Program-made: the position numbers and the translations under genes
In this document: in pieces, positions 1-11,510 of the stretch
How the letters are laid out: every line of letters starts with the position of its first letter
How positions within the stretch are numbered: position 1 is the first letter of the stretch
NCBI GenBank assembly: GCA_030704615.1
Contig: CM060731.1
Coordinates: 80,290,001 to 80,354,000, forward strand
Reading direction: 5' to 3'
Length of the DNA: 64,000 nt
Source of the DNA: Takakia lepidozioides
Lineage: Eukaryota; Plantae; Bryophyta
Notes under the pieces: generated by a model
Databases searched by the model: none
Told to the model about the DNA's origin: nothing
What the model saw: the letters and a program-made list of their open reading frames with translations, nothing else

Positions 1-436
1 CTGTTTGATGTTCAAAGGTAGGCTTCCTGCCCTGAGTTTAAATTTCAGTCTAGTGCCGAGAGTGGGTAGACCCTTGAGGTCATCCAAGATGTCCTCCCCC
101 GTGTCACTGACTGGAAACAAGTTCAGGGAAGTTTTTTGCCTAACTTCATTTTCATCAGACAATCTCATGGCAACAGACATGGTTGGACACTACAGCCTCT
201 AAGTCAAATTTATCCAGCAGGGTGAAGACTTGCGGTTTCAGGTCCAGGTCCTTGAGAATCTCTTCTACTGTCTTCTGCCAGGACTTAGCCTGTTTGACAG
301 GTCGGTGGGCGGTCCTGTTTCCAAGATATAGAGTCGATTAACTTTTGATATCTGGTGTTGGACATATGCTGCAGCTGACCTCACCATCTGACCTTAAACA
401 CTCGTCGGGAGCTTAAAAGAGAGGGAAGATACTTTT
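1..436 (-). pseudogene. Degenerate LINE ORF2 C-terminal fragment (continues off the left edge)
   Basis: Minus strand reads ...KQAKSWQKTVEEILKDLDL..., then after a frameshift ...KTSLNLF...LGTRLKFKLRAGSLPLNIKQ. This resembles the 'G..L.FKLR.G.L.LN' segment just before the C-terminal Zn finger of RTE-X/CR1-type ORF2. Confidence 0.45.
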
Positions 437-914
437 TGTCATGTCAAGACAAGGACAGGACCCCTAGGGTCATTGTCATGAAAGAATAATTAGACATATC
501 AGCCACTTAACAGTGGCACCGTCCATCAATCATCAAGCTTAGAAAATCCAGAATTACATCCATGCACAATAACGTGTTTATGTTAGTATTATTCATAACC
601 CAAAGAGTATGCCACTGATGTTGATTGACCACCAGTCATGATCATGATACACATTCAGAGGTCTGGGTGGGATGGCGGGTACTTGGCCATATTTTGGCCT
701 TGATGTGTTGCAGGTCAAATGGTCATACAGATTTATTGTCCGCAAGCTGTAATCCAAGCATACTTACTCAAACCCCATGGGTGTCATGGAGGGTTTTTTT
801 TCCAAAACAAAAAGAACAAGAAGAACACTTGGACATCACAGATTTAAATATCTTGCCCTGCCAGTAGTTTAGACTGATCTGCAGCACAGCTTGCCCCCAC
901 AGGGGAGGTGGATA

Positions 915-1642
915 TGTCGCGCACCTCACTTCGGTAAACTCCCCTTCAAGTCATAGTTACTCGCTTTGATGCGCGCGCCTGACTCCCAACCTGGCCGCCG
1001 GGCCAACTTGGAGCTTCGGCTGCTCACCAGGACATAACGGTCCCCCCTTCGCTTCCCTCTAAAACCCTCCACCTAATTGGGACTAGGAGAATTCCCTTTG
1101 GTAGATGGCAGTCCGGAACAGCTCTCCACTCTTTGGTCGCTTTCCGGCTCGCTTGCTTACTCACTAGTTTTTGGTCACCAACGGGCTTGCACCGTTCTCG
1201 GGGTTACTACTCCCTATATATACTTCTGTAGCTGTCCGCGGGGGTTTCACAACCAGCCATGCCATTTTATGGCGAACCACCACGAAGACCCTCGATTCCC
1301 GGTGGTGAGTCGCGGTGAGTCTTGGCCCGCTCACCACGGCCCCTATGGACCGTGATGAGTCCCAAGACTCCCCACGACTCCCACCACGAGGTCTCCGCCC
1401 CCATGGTGAGTCCTATGCCACCCCCACTAAGTCCCACTAAGCTACCACCACCCCTTGTGGAGCCACCCCCACCGCAACCCGGTGTGCGGGGCTCCACCTA
1501 GTGAGCGCCTCCGCTTCCCTGAGTGCCTTGGGCACTCAAGGGTGCTTCAGCCCCCCTATACCTATCGCTGCCGCTGCCCCCACCACAGGGGCAGCCCCTC
1601 ATGTGTCCCGACCCCCTGCCCTCAAGGCAAAGGGCCGCGACA
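915..1642 (-). repeat. 3' LTR of the chromovirus
   Basis: Direct repeat of 6983-7710 with 8 substitutions counted by eye and no indels. Confidence 0.97.
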
Positions 1643-1654
1643 CACACCCCTACC
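1643..1654 (-). other. Polypurine tract (imperfect)
   Basis: Minus strand GGTAGGGGTGTG abuts the TG start of the 3' LTR. Confidence 0.65.
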
Positions 1655-2365
1655 AACAGGGAGTCGATGTCCTCATCGACTTGTCCATTTTGTAGAAACG
1701 AACATCCAAGTTGCGGCGTCCCACATCAAGGAGTTTGTTTCTGTACCATGGCGTCCCATGGCAAAGAACCAAACCCCACACTTGACTCTACTCTCCACTA
1801 GCTAGTTCGGCCGACTTCCTCCAAGTCCCGGCCAAGGGTGGAGCCTCTCCAGCTCCTCCCAGTGCACTCTTCTTGGCCTACTTCAAGGCCAAGGAACGAT
1901 CCTCCCGAGGATCGAATCGCCTTACTGCAACAACATTGCTTGCGATCGCTCATGATGCCGCTTTTGGCATCACCTTGAGCAAGGGTTCACCTGGAACCCT
2001 CTTTGACTAGGAAGATAACCTTGAACCAACCGTGCGCCCCAATCACTACAATTGGGTCCGCCTTGGAATGCTGGCCTGAGGTACGCCTTGCCCCTTGGAT
2101 GGGAGTCACCCGATTTCGGCACTGCGCAAACATACGATTAACCCAATTTACCTCTCCCACTTTTGTAAGCTAGCATGCATTCTACACACTAGCCAACCAC
2201 ACCATGCATCACCATTCCAAACACAATAGGACGCACAATATTTGGAACCCATTTCTTTTATAACAAATTTTTGTACAATACAAGTTTTTGCAATCGGATT
2301 CCTGAGCTAGCTAAACCGGGCTAAGCATGCATTTCCTCCCCCACGCTCCAAGGTTGATGTCCCCA

Positions 2366-5300
2366 TCAACGTTTCTTCCGCTTTTGAGGTCGCCCTTCGA
2401 ACGCTGCAACTGCCTCGGATGCGTTTCCCATTTCTGAGGCACACACCCAAGATGCCTCCACATGATGATAGCCCTTCCATTTGACGAGATACTCCGTTTC
2501 TCGGTTCTTGAACCTCCTCGACTTAAGTATTGCCTCCACCTCGTACTCAGGTTCATTTTCATGATCCAACAGCATAGTTGGCGGACGCAACACTTGATGC
2601 CGATTCGGACGTGCTTCATCTTTGAAGTAAGGCTTCAAAAGGGAGACATGGAATACTGGGTGCACCTTGCTGTTTGCCGGCAGCTCCAATTCATACACAT
2701 CCTCATTCATAACCTTCCGAATGCGAAAGGGACCCGCATACGGAGGTACGAACTTCGGACTCACTTCCGGAGGTAGTCGGAAATTCTTGATGTTCAACCA
2801 GACCTCTGTGCCTGCCTCAAACTTCACTTCCCTCCGCTTCCGATTCGCCTGCCTTTCATACCGTTTCCTAGCTTTGGCAATGTTGTACTTTGCGAGCTTC
2901 AACAAACGCTCGCGTTCTTCCAGTACCGCCGCTACTGCCGGTTCCTCAACGTCCTAGGCAGCCCAACTTGTCGGCACCAGAGGTGCTTTTCCATAGACCA
3001 ATACGAAAGGGGAAACTCCCGTTGCGGAGTGTTCTGTGTTATTATAACAGAACTCTGCCGCGTCTAAGTGTTCCATCCAGTCTGATTGGTCTGCCGACAC
3101 GTAATTCCGCAAGAATTGCTTCACTACGGAATTCACTCTTTCCGTTTGGCCGTCCGTCGTAGGTCGGAAGGCGGTGCTCATCTTCAGCCTCGTCCCCATC
3201 TTCTTCCAAAGTGTCCTCCAAAATTTACTCGTAAACTTTGGATCGCGATCCGAGACAATATCCTTAGGGACTCCATGATGCTTTAAGACGTGGGCGAAGT
3301 AAAGTCGCCCTGTCTCCTGCGCCGTTGCCGTCTCCTTGGTGGGGATGAAATGGCCTATTTTACTGAACCTATCCACCACCACCATGATTGCATCGAATCC
3401 TTTTGACAGCGGCATAGCAGTCATGAAATCCATCGAGACGCTTTCCCAAGTCCCATCTGGAATCGGCAAGGGTTGTAACAGCCCCGCTTGCTTTTTGTAC
3501 TCGCTCCGGTTTTGTTGGCATGTGGTGCATGTCTTGACATACTCCTCTGCCTCCTCCCTCAGTTTGGGCCAGAAATACTCTTTCTTCAAGAGTGCCGCAG
3601 TGCGCTTGGCTCCGCCGTGGCCCGCAAACGGGCTATCATGGCATTCTCTCAAGAGGCTATCTCTGATCCCTCCCTTTGGCACGTAGAGACGTTTTTGCTT
3701 ATACCGGAGCAGTCCATTTTGCAAATGGAACTGCGATTTAACCCCCATCCTCAAGTCCTGCATCACGGACTTCGCCAGCTTATCCTTCCGGCGAGCCTTT
3801 CGGATCTTCCTTTGGAGCGCCGTCTCGCCCTTGTACACCAACAAGAGCTGCCGCTTTCTACTTAAAGCATCGGCCACCACGTTGTCTCGTCCTGGTTTGT
3901 ACTGGATATCCACGTCGAACACCGCCAAAGTATCTTGCCACCTAAGTTGTTTTGGGGACAATTTGGGCTGCGTGGCAAAATACTTCACCGTGACATTGTC
4001 CGTGAACACCTTCACTGGGTTGGAACCAACATAGTGGCGCCAAAGCTCAAGGCAATGCACCACTGCCTTCATCTCTTTTTCGTGCGTAGGCCACCGTCGC
4101 TCCACTTCATTCAGTTTCTTACTTTCGTAAGCCACTGGATGTCCATCTTACATAAGTACACCCCCAATCGCGAAGTCCGACGCATCTGTATGAATCTCAA
4201 ATGGACGATCGAACTCCGGGATTTTCAAGACTGGAGCTTCCGCCATTCGCTGCTTCAATTCAGCAAAAGCTTGGCCACAAAATGTGTTCCATACCCAGAC
4301 TTTGGATTTACACAGAAGGTCCGACAGCGGCCCCGCGATCTTGGCGAAATTTCTCACATACTTCCGGTAATAGGAGGTGAGTCCTAGGAAGGATCGCACT
4401 CCCGGGACCGAAGTCGGAGGCTCCCAGTCCAAGATCGCCCTCACCTTTCTGTCATCCATTTTGATCCCATCCTGTGTAATCACATGCCCCAAGAACTCCA
4501 CTTTTGTGACCCCGAATTTGCACTTTGAAGCTTTGGCGTACAGCTTCCCTTCCCGCAACTTTTGGAACACCCTTTTTAGGTGCTCCAGGTGCTCCTCCTT
4601 TGTTTTCGAGTACACCAAGATGTCGTCGATGTACACGATCACAAAGTCATCCAACCACTCCTGAAAAAGGCTGTTCATCAGCGTGCTAAAGGTCGCTGGT
4701 GCATTGGTGAGCCCAAAAGGCATCACCAAGAACTCATATGAACCATACCTTGTCCTGCACGCGGTCTTCTCCTCATCTCCTTCCGCCACCTGTTTTGATG
4801 ATAGCCGGAGCGCAAGTCGATCCGGCTGAAATACTTCGCTCCTGCCAACCAATCGAAGAGGTCGTCGATCCTTGGCAAAGGGTACCGGTTTTTGATAGTC
4901 ACCTTATTCAGAGCCCTGTAATCGACACACATCCGCAGCGTCCCATCCTTCTTGTCTGCGAATAGCACCGGGGCTCCGTAAGGTGACTTACTCGGCCGGA
5001 TGTACCCCTTTGACATTAGATCCTTGAGCTGAGTCTTCAGCTCGACCAACTCTCTGTGGCTCAACCGGTAGGGCGCCTTGGCAGGCGGTTCCGATCCCGG
5101 TATCACCTCAATCTTGTGGTCAACTCATCTTCGCGGTGGCAAGTCGCTTGGTAAATCCTCCGGCATCACATCCTGGTATTTCTCCAAAATCCCCTTGATC
5201 CAATCTGGGCTCGGCTCCCCATCGCCTTCCCCCTTCACTTCTCTAATGTAAAGCAAAAATTGGGGTTCGTGTGCCTCCTCCACGGCCCACTCCCTTGCTG

Positions 5301-6927
5301 ATATAAGGTTTATTCGCCCTCCCACGGATTTGGGCGTTTCCGACACTCGTAAGACCTCGCCACCATTCCCACATGGCAGCGTGACTACTCTCTTGCGGTC
5401 ATTTATGACCGCTCCGGATTTACTCAGAAAGGTCATCCCCAAAATGAGATCTACTCCATCGATCTCGCAGATGGTGAAGTTCTCACGTCCCTCCCAACTC
5501 CCCAGTTGAAGAGGAACATTAAACGCCAACCTTGTCGCCAACTGTGGTTTTCCTTTGGCAGAACGCACCTCAATAGAGGCCCCCACGTCACTTGTCGGGA
5601 GTCCCAGCTTTTGTGCCGCCGCCGGTGTCATGAAGGAGTGCGACGCTCCTGTGTCTACCAACAACGACACATTAGTTCCGGATATTATCCCATCCACGAA
5701 CAATAACTGACTCCCTTTACGCAGGGCGCCAGTTTCCTGATACAACTCACAAGAATAGTTGCCTACCTTGCAAGTCCTGGCGACCACCGCTTCCACCAAG
5801 CGACTGATGGTATCTTCCGACAGCTCCGTGGTCGCCCGAGTCATGTTCAATTGCCGGGGCTTCGTGCACTTCTTGGCCATGTGCCCGGGCTCCCTGCAAT
5901 TGAAACACACTCCATCAAAGGTCGCCTTCTGTCCGCCATAAGCCGCTCCACCCGCTTTTCCTTTCGAAGCACCGGGTGCCGCCTTGACGTGTGAAGGCCC
6001 TCCCTTCGATTTCCACGTGCCATTATCGCCGCGTGGCCTATCCCACTTCTTTTCCGGTCGGAAGGAGTCACCTTCCCGCCGGGTCTTCTTGTGGTTCAGC
6101 TCCGTACGGCCTTGTCTCTCACCCCTAGGGACATCTGAGAAACATTCAGCCCTCTCAATTGCCTCGTTCAAAGTCTTGGGTGGCTTCTCCTCCAACTTCC
6201 GCCTGGCCCATGGGGCCAGTCCCGCCACAAAGTTGAAGACCATTTCTGGTTCTGCCATGTCCGCGACTTCGAGCAACAGCATATTGAAAGCCTGGACATA
6301 CCCCTGAATGTCATCTGTTTGCTTCAAATTTCTCATCTTGTCCCGGGCGAGCCAGGACGCGTTGAGGGGCACAAACTGTCTCTTCATCAATTCCTTGAAC
6401 CCACTCTAGTTCAAGGTTTCCGGGCTTGGACCTCGATCGTGAAGGCGTTTCTGCCACCATTGTTGAGCATAGCCCCTCAAATAGGTGGGAGCCACTTCCA
6501 CCCGATCCTCGTCACTCAACTTGGCCGCCCGGAAGTACTGCTCTAGCTCCAGGAGCCAGGTGTTGAGTGCCTTCCGATTTTGAACGCCCTCGAAGGTGCC
6601 GGGTTCCTTAGGCTTCACCTTAAACTTTGCCTTAGTGGAAGTGGCATTAGCCGCCTTCAACACGTCTTTCAACGTCCCGCCAAACTGCGCCAACAATTCT
6701 TCCCAAAAGGCTGCCGGCATGGGAGGCATCTCTTGGTTTGTCGGAGCTCTCAAGGATTCCTTGGGCTCCGACTCCTCGGATTCCTCCCGCTCTTGAGCGG
6801 CCTCGTTTTTGGAAACATTCATCGCTTCCTCAAACGGCCGCCTCGGTGACACGTCGCCCCCATCGGGTTCACCAGGATCATCATCTTTTGGGCCGTTCCG
6901 CTTTCGCTTTGGCTTGCCCGACCCCAT
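2366..6927 (-). pseudogene. gag-pol polyprotein pseudogene (Gag, zinc knuckle, aspartic protease, RT, RNase H, integrase, chromodomain)
   Basis: Motifs CFNCREPGHMAKKC, LVDTGASHSF, YIDD, TDASD, HDSPFAGH...CTTC, DRDPKF, GQTER, GPF and EYEVEAIL...YLVKWKGY...SW. In-frame stops at 6406, 5125, 4148 and 2954. A 1-nt frameshift near 4790 breaks the expected GYHQIRVAEGD. Confidence 0.95.
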
Positions 6928-6968
6928 GATGAGGCCAATCCCAAAGACGATCGTGTACTGAACTCTAA

Positions 6969-6980
6969 GCTCTGATACCA
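6969..6980 (-). promoter_or_regulatory. Primer-binding site for initiator tRNA-Met
   Basis: Minus strand TGGTATCAGAGC, 2 nt downstream of the CA end of the 5' LTR. Confidence 0.95.
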
Positions 6981-6982
6981 AG

Positions 6983-7710
6983 TGTCGCGCACCTCACTTC
7001 GGTAAACTCCCCTTCAAGTCATAGTTACTCACTTTGATACGCGCGCCTGACTCCCAACCTGGCCGCCGGGCCAACTTGGAGCTTCGGCTGCTCATCGGGA
7101 CATAACGGTCCCCCCTTTGCTTCCCTCTAAAACCCTCCACCTAATTGGGACTAGGAGAATTCCCTTTGGTAGATGGCAGTCCGGAACAGCTCCCCACTCT
7201 TTGGTCGCTTTCCGGCTCGCTCGCTTACTCACTAGTTTTTGGTCACCAACGGGCTTGCACCGTTCTCGGGGTTACTACTCCCTATATATACTTCTGTAGC
7301 TGTCCGCGGGGGTTTCACAACCAGCCATGCCATTTTATGGCGAACCACCACGAAGACCCTCGATTCCCGGTGGTGAGTCGCGGTGAGTCTTGGCCCGCTC
7401 ACCACGGCCCCTATGGACCGTGATGAGTCCCAAGACTCCCCACGACTCCCACCACGAGGTCTCCGCCCCCATGGTGAGTCCTATGCCACCCCCACTAAGT
7501 CCCACTAAGCTACCACCACCCCTTGTGGAGCCACCCCCAACGCAACCCGGTGTGCGGGGCTCCACCTAGTGAGCGCCTCCGCTTCCCTGAGTGCCTTGGG
7601 CACTCAAGGGTGCTTCAGCCCCCCTATACCTATCGCTGCCGCTGCCCCCACCACAGGGGCAGCCCCTCATGTGTCCCGACCCCCTGCCCTCAAGGCAAAG
7701 GGCCGCGACA
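6983..7710 (-). repeat. 5' LTR of the chromovirus
   Basis: Followed on the minus strand by the PBS and gag. Contains a TATATATA box at 7283-7290. Confidence 0.97.
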
Positions 7711-9539
7711 GGATATGTCTGGTAAGTTTTCCAGAATACCCCTATACCTTTATTTCTTGCTACAGCTGAAAATCAAAGTTCGTGACCCAGCAAGGTAAAG
7801 ATAAAGGACTGCATACACATCATATGACAATATATAATACTGTCAGTACATCCTATTCACATCATTCCACATTTGACCATGTCATTACACCATGTCCAGG
7901 GGGTATTTCCACTTGACCACCCTGGCTGCCTCAAAAACCAGTTACCAGTTATATATTGCTGCCATATTTCCTTGTCAGCCGAATATCCACAGGCAGAATC
8001 TTCACCATACCCTAGCCTAAGTATCTAGCTAACAAAGCCATCCGGGTTGGAAAATAACAGGGGCCAACATGGGTATCCGAATAGCTGCAACAAACAGTTC
8101 CTTGCAGCCTATCAAATTGTTTCCAACTACCATAAGGTAAGCAAAGCAAACTAGGGCTTGGAAAACAGATGTGTGTCTCTCACACAAGCCATCATAAACC
8201 CGGCTGTCACAACAAAGCAGAGGTCTTCCATTGGCTGGGCCGAAAATAGCCCATTGTAGAAAGCATTACACTTGTTCTTCAAAAATAAAGGAAGGAAAGA
8301 GGTAGGATCAAGAAAAACCATAGAGTAGTTTAGTTTTTCAACATTTTAAGATGAGTCCCTGGCAAGCAATTCCTTCCCCTATTCTGCAATCCCACTTGGC
8401 ATCCAGCACCACCTAGACATCAGAATATTAAGTGGAAGCCCTCACATGTGCCCGTCCCATAAACAACCACAACGCATTGTGAGTTAGTGAGGATGCACGA
8501 GGTGAGTAACAGGCTTCCACACTTGCTATCGAGGTCAAATATACTCAATCTAAGCGTAGAGGAAGCCAAAGAAAGCAGAGAAGCAAAACAAACAGAAAAA
8601 GAACCTTTTTTACTGTCTGGGGGAGAGTGGTCATCTCTCCACAAACCTAACCGTGCAGGGAGGACTCCGCCAACACCACAACATTGCTACCTTAACCAAA
8701 GCACAGTCTTGTCAAGCACAAGAAAAAAGAGCTTGGTCTCAAAAGGTAGGGTTTATAAAGGGAGGGAGAGAGACTTCCTTGTTCTACCAAGATGCCGCCA
8801 TTCATCAAAGATCCAGAGGAGGGCTCCTAGGGAAACGTCATAAGCCCAAGAAGTCTACTTGGTGGCATGCCCGAAGTGTAATTAATTGCAGGCTGGTCCT
8901 TCCAGGTGCCTATGTGTACATTCCCTGAAGGACAGGTTGTTCTTACCTACCTTGCATAATGCTTGTCTTGGATCACTTCAAGGTACATGTGTATACATAT
9001 CTTGGATCTGTAATGTGGCAAGAAGTTCTTATATGCCCATGATATCTTGCATGGTGCATATCTTATGGATAACTATGGATGATATAATCTGAGGCTGCAA
9101 TCTGACTGATATTGTGCAAGAGGGTCACTTGGGTACATGACAGGAATCTGATTATGAATATACCCCGCCCTCCCGGTCCTTCAAGTGCTTGTATGAACAT
9201 ACCTTGAATCTGTAGTAGGGCAGGTTGTTCTTACCTACCCAATGAGCCTTGCATGGTGCATGTCTTGGGTCACTTACAGGAATTTGAACATGCTGCAGCA
9301 ATCTGATTTTTCAGTACACAAGATGCTTGCTTATATGCTTGTCTTGTTGTCATGACCTGTACATAAACAAACCCCGCCCTCCCACCTTGTTTTATCATGA
9401 ATGATTGGGTGAAATCAATTGGGAAGTCATGACAAGAATGGAAGTGTTAGATGGTGCCCTGTTTATGGGCTGTTTAATTGACAATGACCCTACTGGGTCT
9501 TGTCCATGTCTTGACATGACATGAGCCCACCACCCTCCC

Positions 9540-10049
9540 TAGCGCCACGTCTTTTTTTTTGGTTAAATATAAAAAAAAACGACGCCAAAGCGTTGCGAAA
9601 ACCCACGCTCGGGCGTGGCGGAGCCCGACTCCTGCTCATGCTGTTTTTTTTTGCCACGCCCAATAGTCGCTTGGCGTACCACCCGGCTTACGCCACATAT
9701 TTTTGGGTTTTAGGATGGGACTCCCGGGCAGGTTAGAAAAAAAAGGGGATGCAACACCGTGTCGGCGCCCCCACCAACGCCGTCGGCTAGAGGGCCGCGA
9801 CGGCGAGACGTTGCTCGAAAGAGGCCCCTGCCATCGGCGCGGACGGCCTGAAAAGCAACGTCCGACAATCGCGGGAGTTGGGGAGGGGGCTCGCGACCCC
9901 CATACGTCGCATTTTTGCGACGTCATTTTGGCGACGCCCATGCGACTGCCGGGCGTCGCAAATTCTGCGCCTGCCCCCTGCCCGAAATCGGCGTTTTCCA
10001 CGCCGCGGCGTGGCTTGGGCGTCGCAAAGGCCCCCCTTCTCCTGTAGTG
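9540..10049. mobile_element. CACTA (En/Spm) element terminus with subterminal repeat array
   Basis: Ends ...TTCTCCTGTAGTG, i.e. CACTACAGGAGAA on the minus strand. It is preceded by ~500 bp of GC(G/C/A)ACGCC-like motifs in both orientations. The partner terminus is not in the window. Confidence 0.75.
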
Positions 10050-10439
10050 CAGAGTCTCTGACTATATGACAGTACCAATTGAGTTGCAGCAGGTAAATAT
10101 TTGAAAGTTGAGAATGAAGTGGAAATTGTCTAGAACAATGGGGTATATATATTTTGAAACTAACATTATTTTCACAATCTGGGCGAGGACAACCTCATCC
10201 TATTAACATTTCTTGCCCCTTTAACCTGAAAGTGGAATACATTTTGGGCTGTATGGACCAGATCCAGGTTTCCCTGTTCCTGTAAATAGGGCAGTGGTTA
10301 TGATGTAACGAAGTGTGAGGTTATTGTGGTTTGTGGAGAAATAGACTTCCAGGAAGTTGTGGATGTGGTTTATTGGGCACTTGGGTTGGACATTGCAATT
10401 CTGCAGGGGAGGAGGGTACCGGAATGTTTTCTAAATGCA

Positions 10440-10700
10440 AGCCACTTTCTCCTTCTGTGATTCCAAAGAGCGCACCCTAATGCAATAATTGAGAAATGAG
10501 CTTTTGATGCGTTGAAATCATTCTTTATGAAGCGGATGAAAGACCGGAATGTATGTTGTTGCATTTATCATGTGGAGATGGAAGAGTTGCGAATGAGCTT
10601 CAACAACATGCGTGCCAAGTCGGGTATGCACTCTGCTTTAGCATGTGACCGTTCTTGTGAAGAGGTATGTCAACCAAATGAAGTGGATGGATGCATCATT
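10440..10700 (+). pseudogene. Probable DNA-transposon-derived coding remnant
   Basis: AFDALKSFFMKRMKDRNVCCCIYHVEM resembles the 'F..L.P.FV....R..C.C..H' block of uncharacterised transposase-like proteins. It is stop-interrupted and short. Confidence 0.35.
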
Positions 10701-10961
10701 TCTTTTTTTATTCTATCATATGCACTCAAAATTGACAGTAATCCTAAATCAGTAACCCAAAATTTGGATTCCATGTGATCTAATTGAAATGTGTCTGAAT
10801 CACCGGCAAAAAAAAAAAATCTATTGTCACCTTCTGATTTACATACTACATCCTAAACCCTACTTCTCCGTAGATAATGATGCGCTGCTTTTACCACCAG
10901 GAGGAGGATGGGCCTACTTTCCTTTCCTGCAATCCGCTTATGCTTGGTGGGTGACACAACC

Positions 10962-11510
10962 TCACCCAAGTCCACACCTGGGTGGTACGACTTCCTCATC
11001 AAATTCCATTGCACCGCCACTAAGCTCTGAAAGGCTTATATAGTATACAGGCTTGAAGGGGTTTTTAACAGTTTTGTTGGTTTCCTCTAATAACTGCAAT
11101 AAAGACGTTTTGCCACTGTCAGGTGGTGCACGGATTAGAAGAGCGCCATGTTTATGCACCAGCTCTAAGACTTTCATGGCTGTGTCATACCGGTTGATGT
11201 GATAGCTGCCCAGGCGAGCGCGGACACCCTCTGATTTGTTTCCAACCCACTCCTGGGACACCAATTCTTTGCTTGCGATGAGTTATTTTCTTGCGACGAG
11301 ATCCTTTCCTGCGACGAGTGCAATGGAGGTACCCTCATTCAGTTTTCTGTGTTTTCTAATTACAGGTTCAAGTGCCACCAACCCTAATATTTTCTGAAAC
11401 TTCATCAACTCTTCATCAACAAGAGGGCTCGTGTCTCTAAGTAACTTCTGAGATCCATGGTCAGAAGTGAAGCCCGGGACCTCCAATGCCAAGATCCCTC
11501 TCACTCTCAA
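10962..11510 (-). pseudogene. Truncated P-loop NTPase, Crinkler/CR-effector-like
   Basis: ORFs 11283-11510 and 10962-11264 are in frame, separated by one TAA. They contain HINRYDTAMKVLELVHKHGALLIRAPPDSGKTSLLQLL (Walker A). The sequence is truncated before Walker B. Confidence 0.55.

Larger units (their letters stand above)
915..7710 (-). mobile_element. Full-length Ty3/gypsy LTR retrotransposon, chromovirus (Tcn1-like), coding region inactivated
   Basis: Two 728-bp LTRs with TGTCGCG...CGCGACA ends. 5-bp TSD GGATA at 910-914 and 7711-7715. iMet PBS. Domain order Gag-CCHC-PR-RT-RNaseH-INT-chromodomain. Confidence 0.97.
437..9521. repeat. ~44-bp inverted repeat pair (437-480 and 9478-9521) enclosing the LTR retrotransposon
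   Basis: TGTCATGTCAAGACAAGGACAGGACCCCTAGGGTCATTGTC at 437 matches the reverse complement of GACAATGACCCTACTGGGTCTTGTCCATGTCTTGACATGACA ending at 9521. Weaker similarity extends further inward. No target duplication is visible. Confidence 0.75.

Noticed and set aside
1077-1805. ORFs in the LTR, repeated at 7145-7798
   Set aside because: They are duplicated only because the LTRs are duplicated. GC-rich chance frames with no recognisable domain.
5101-6410. Programmed readthrough at the in-frame stops in gag-pol
   Set aside because: The stops fall inside conserved domains (one replaces a conserved Gag Trp) and fit C>T decay. They are not at a gag/pol boundary.
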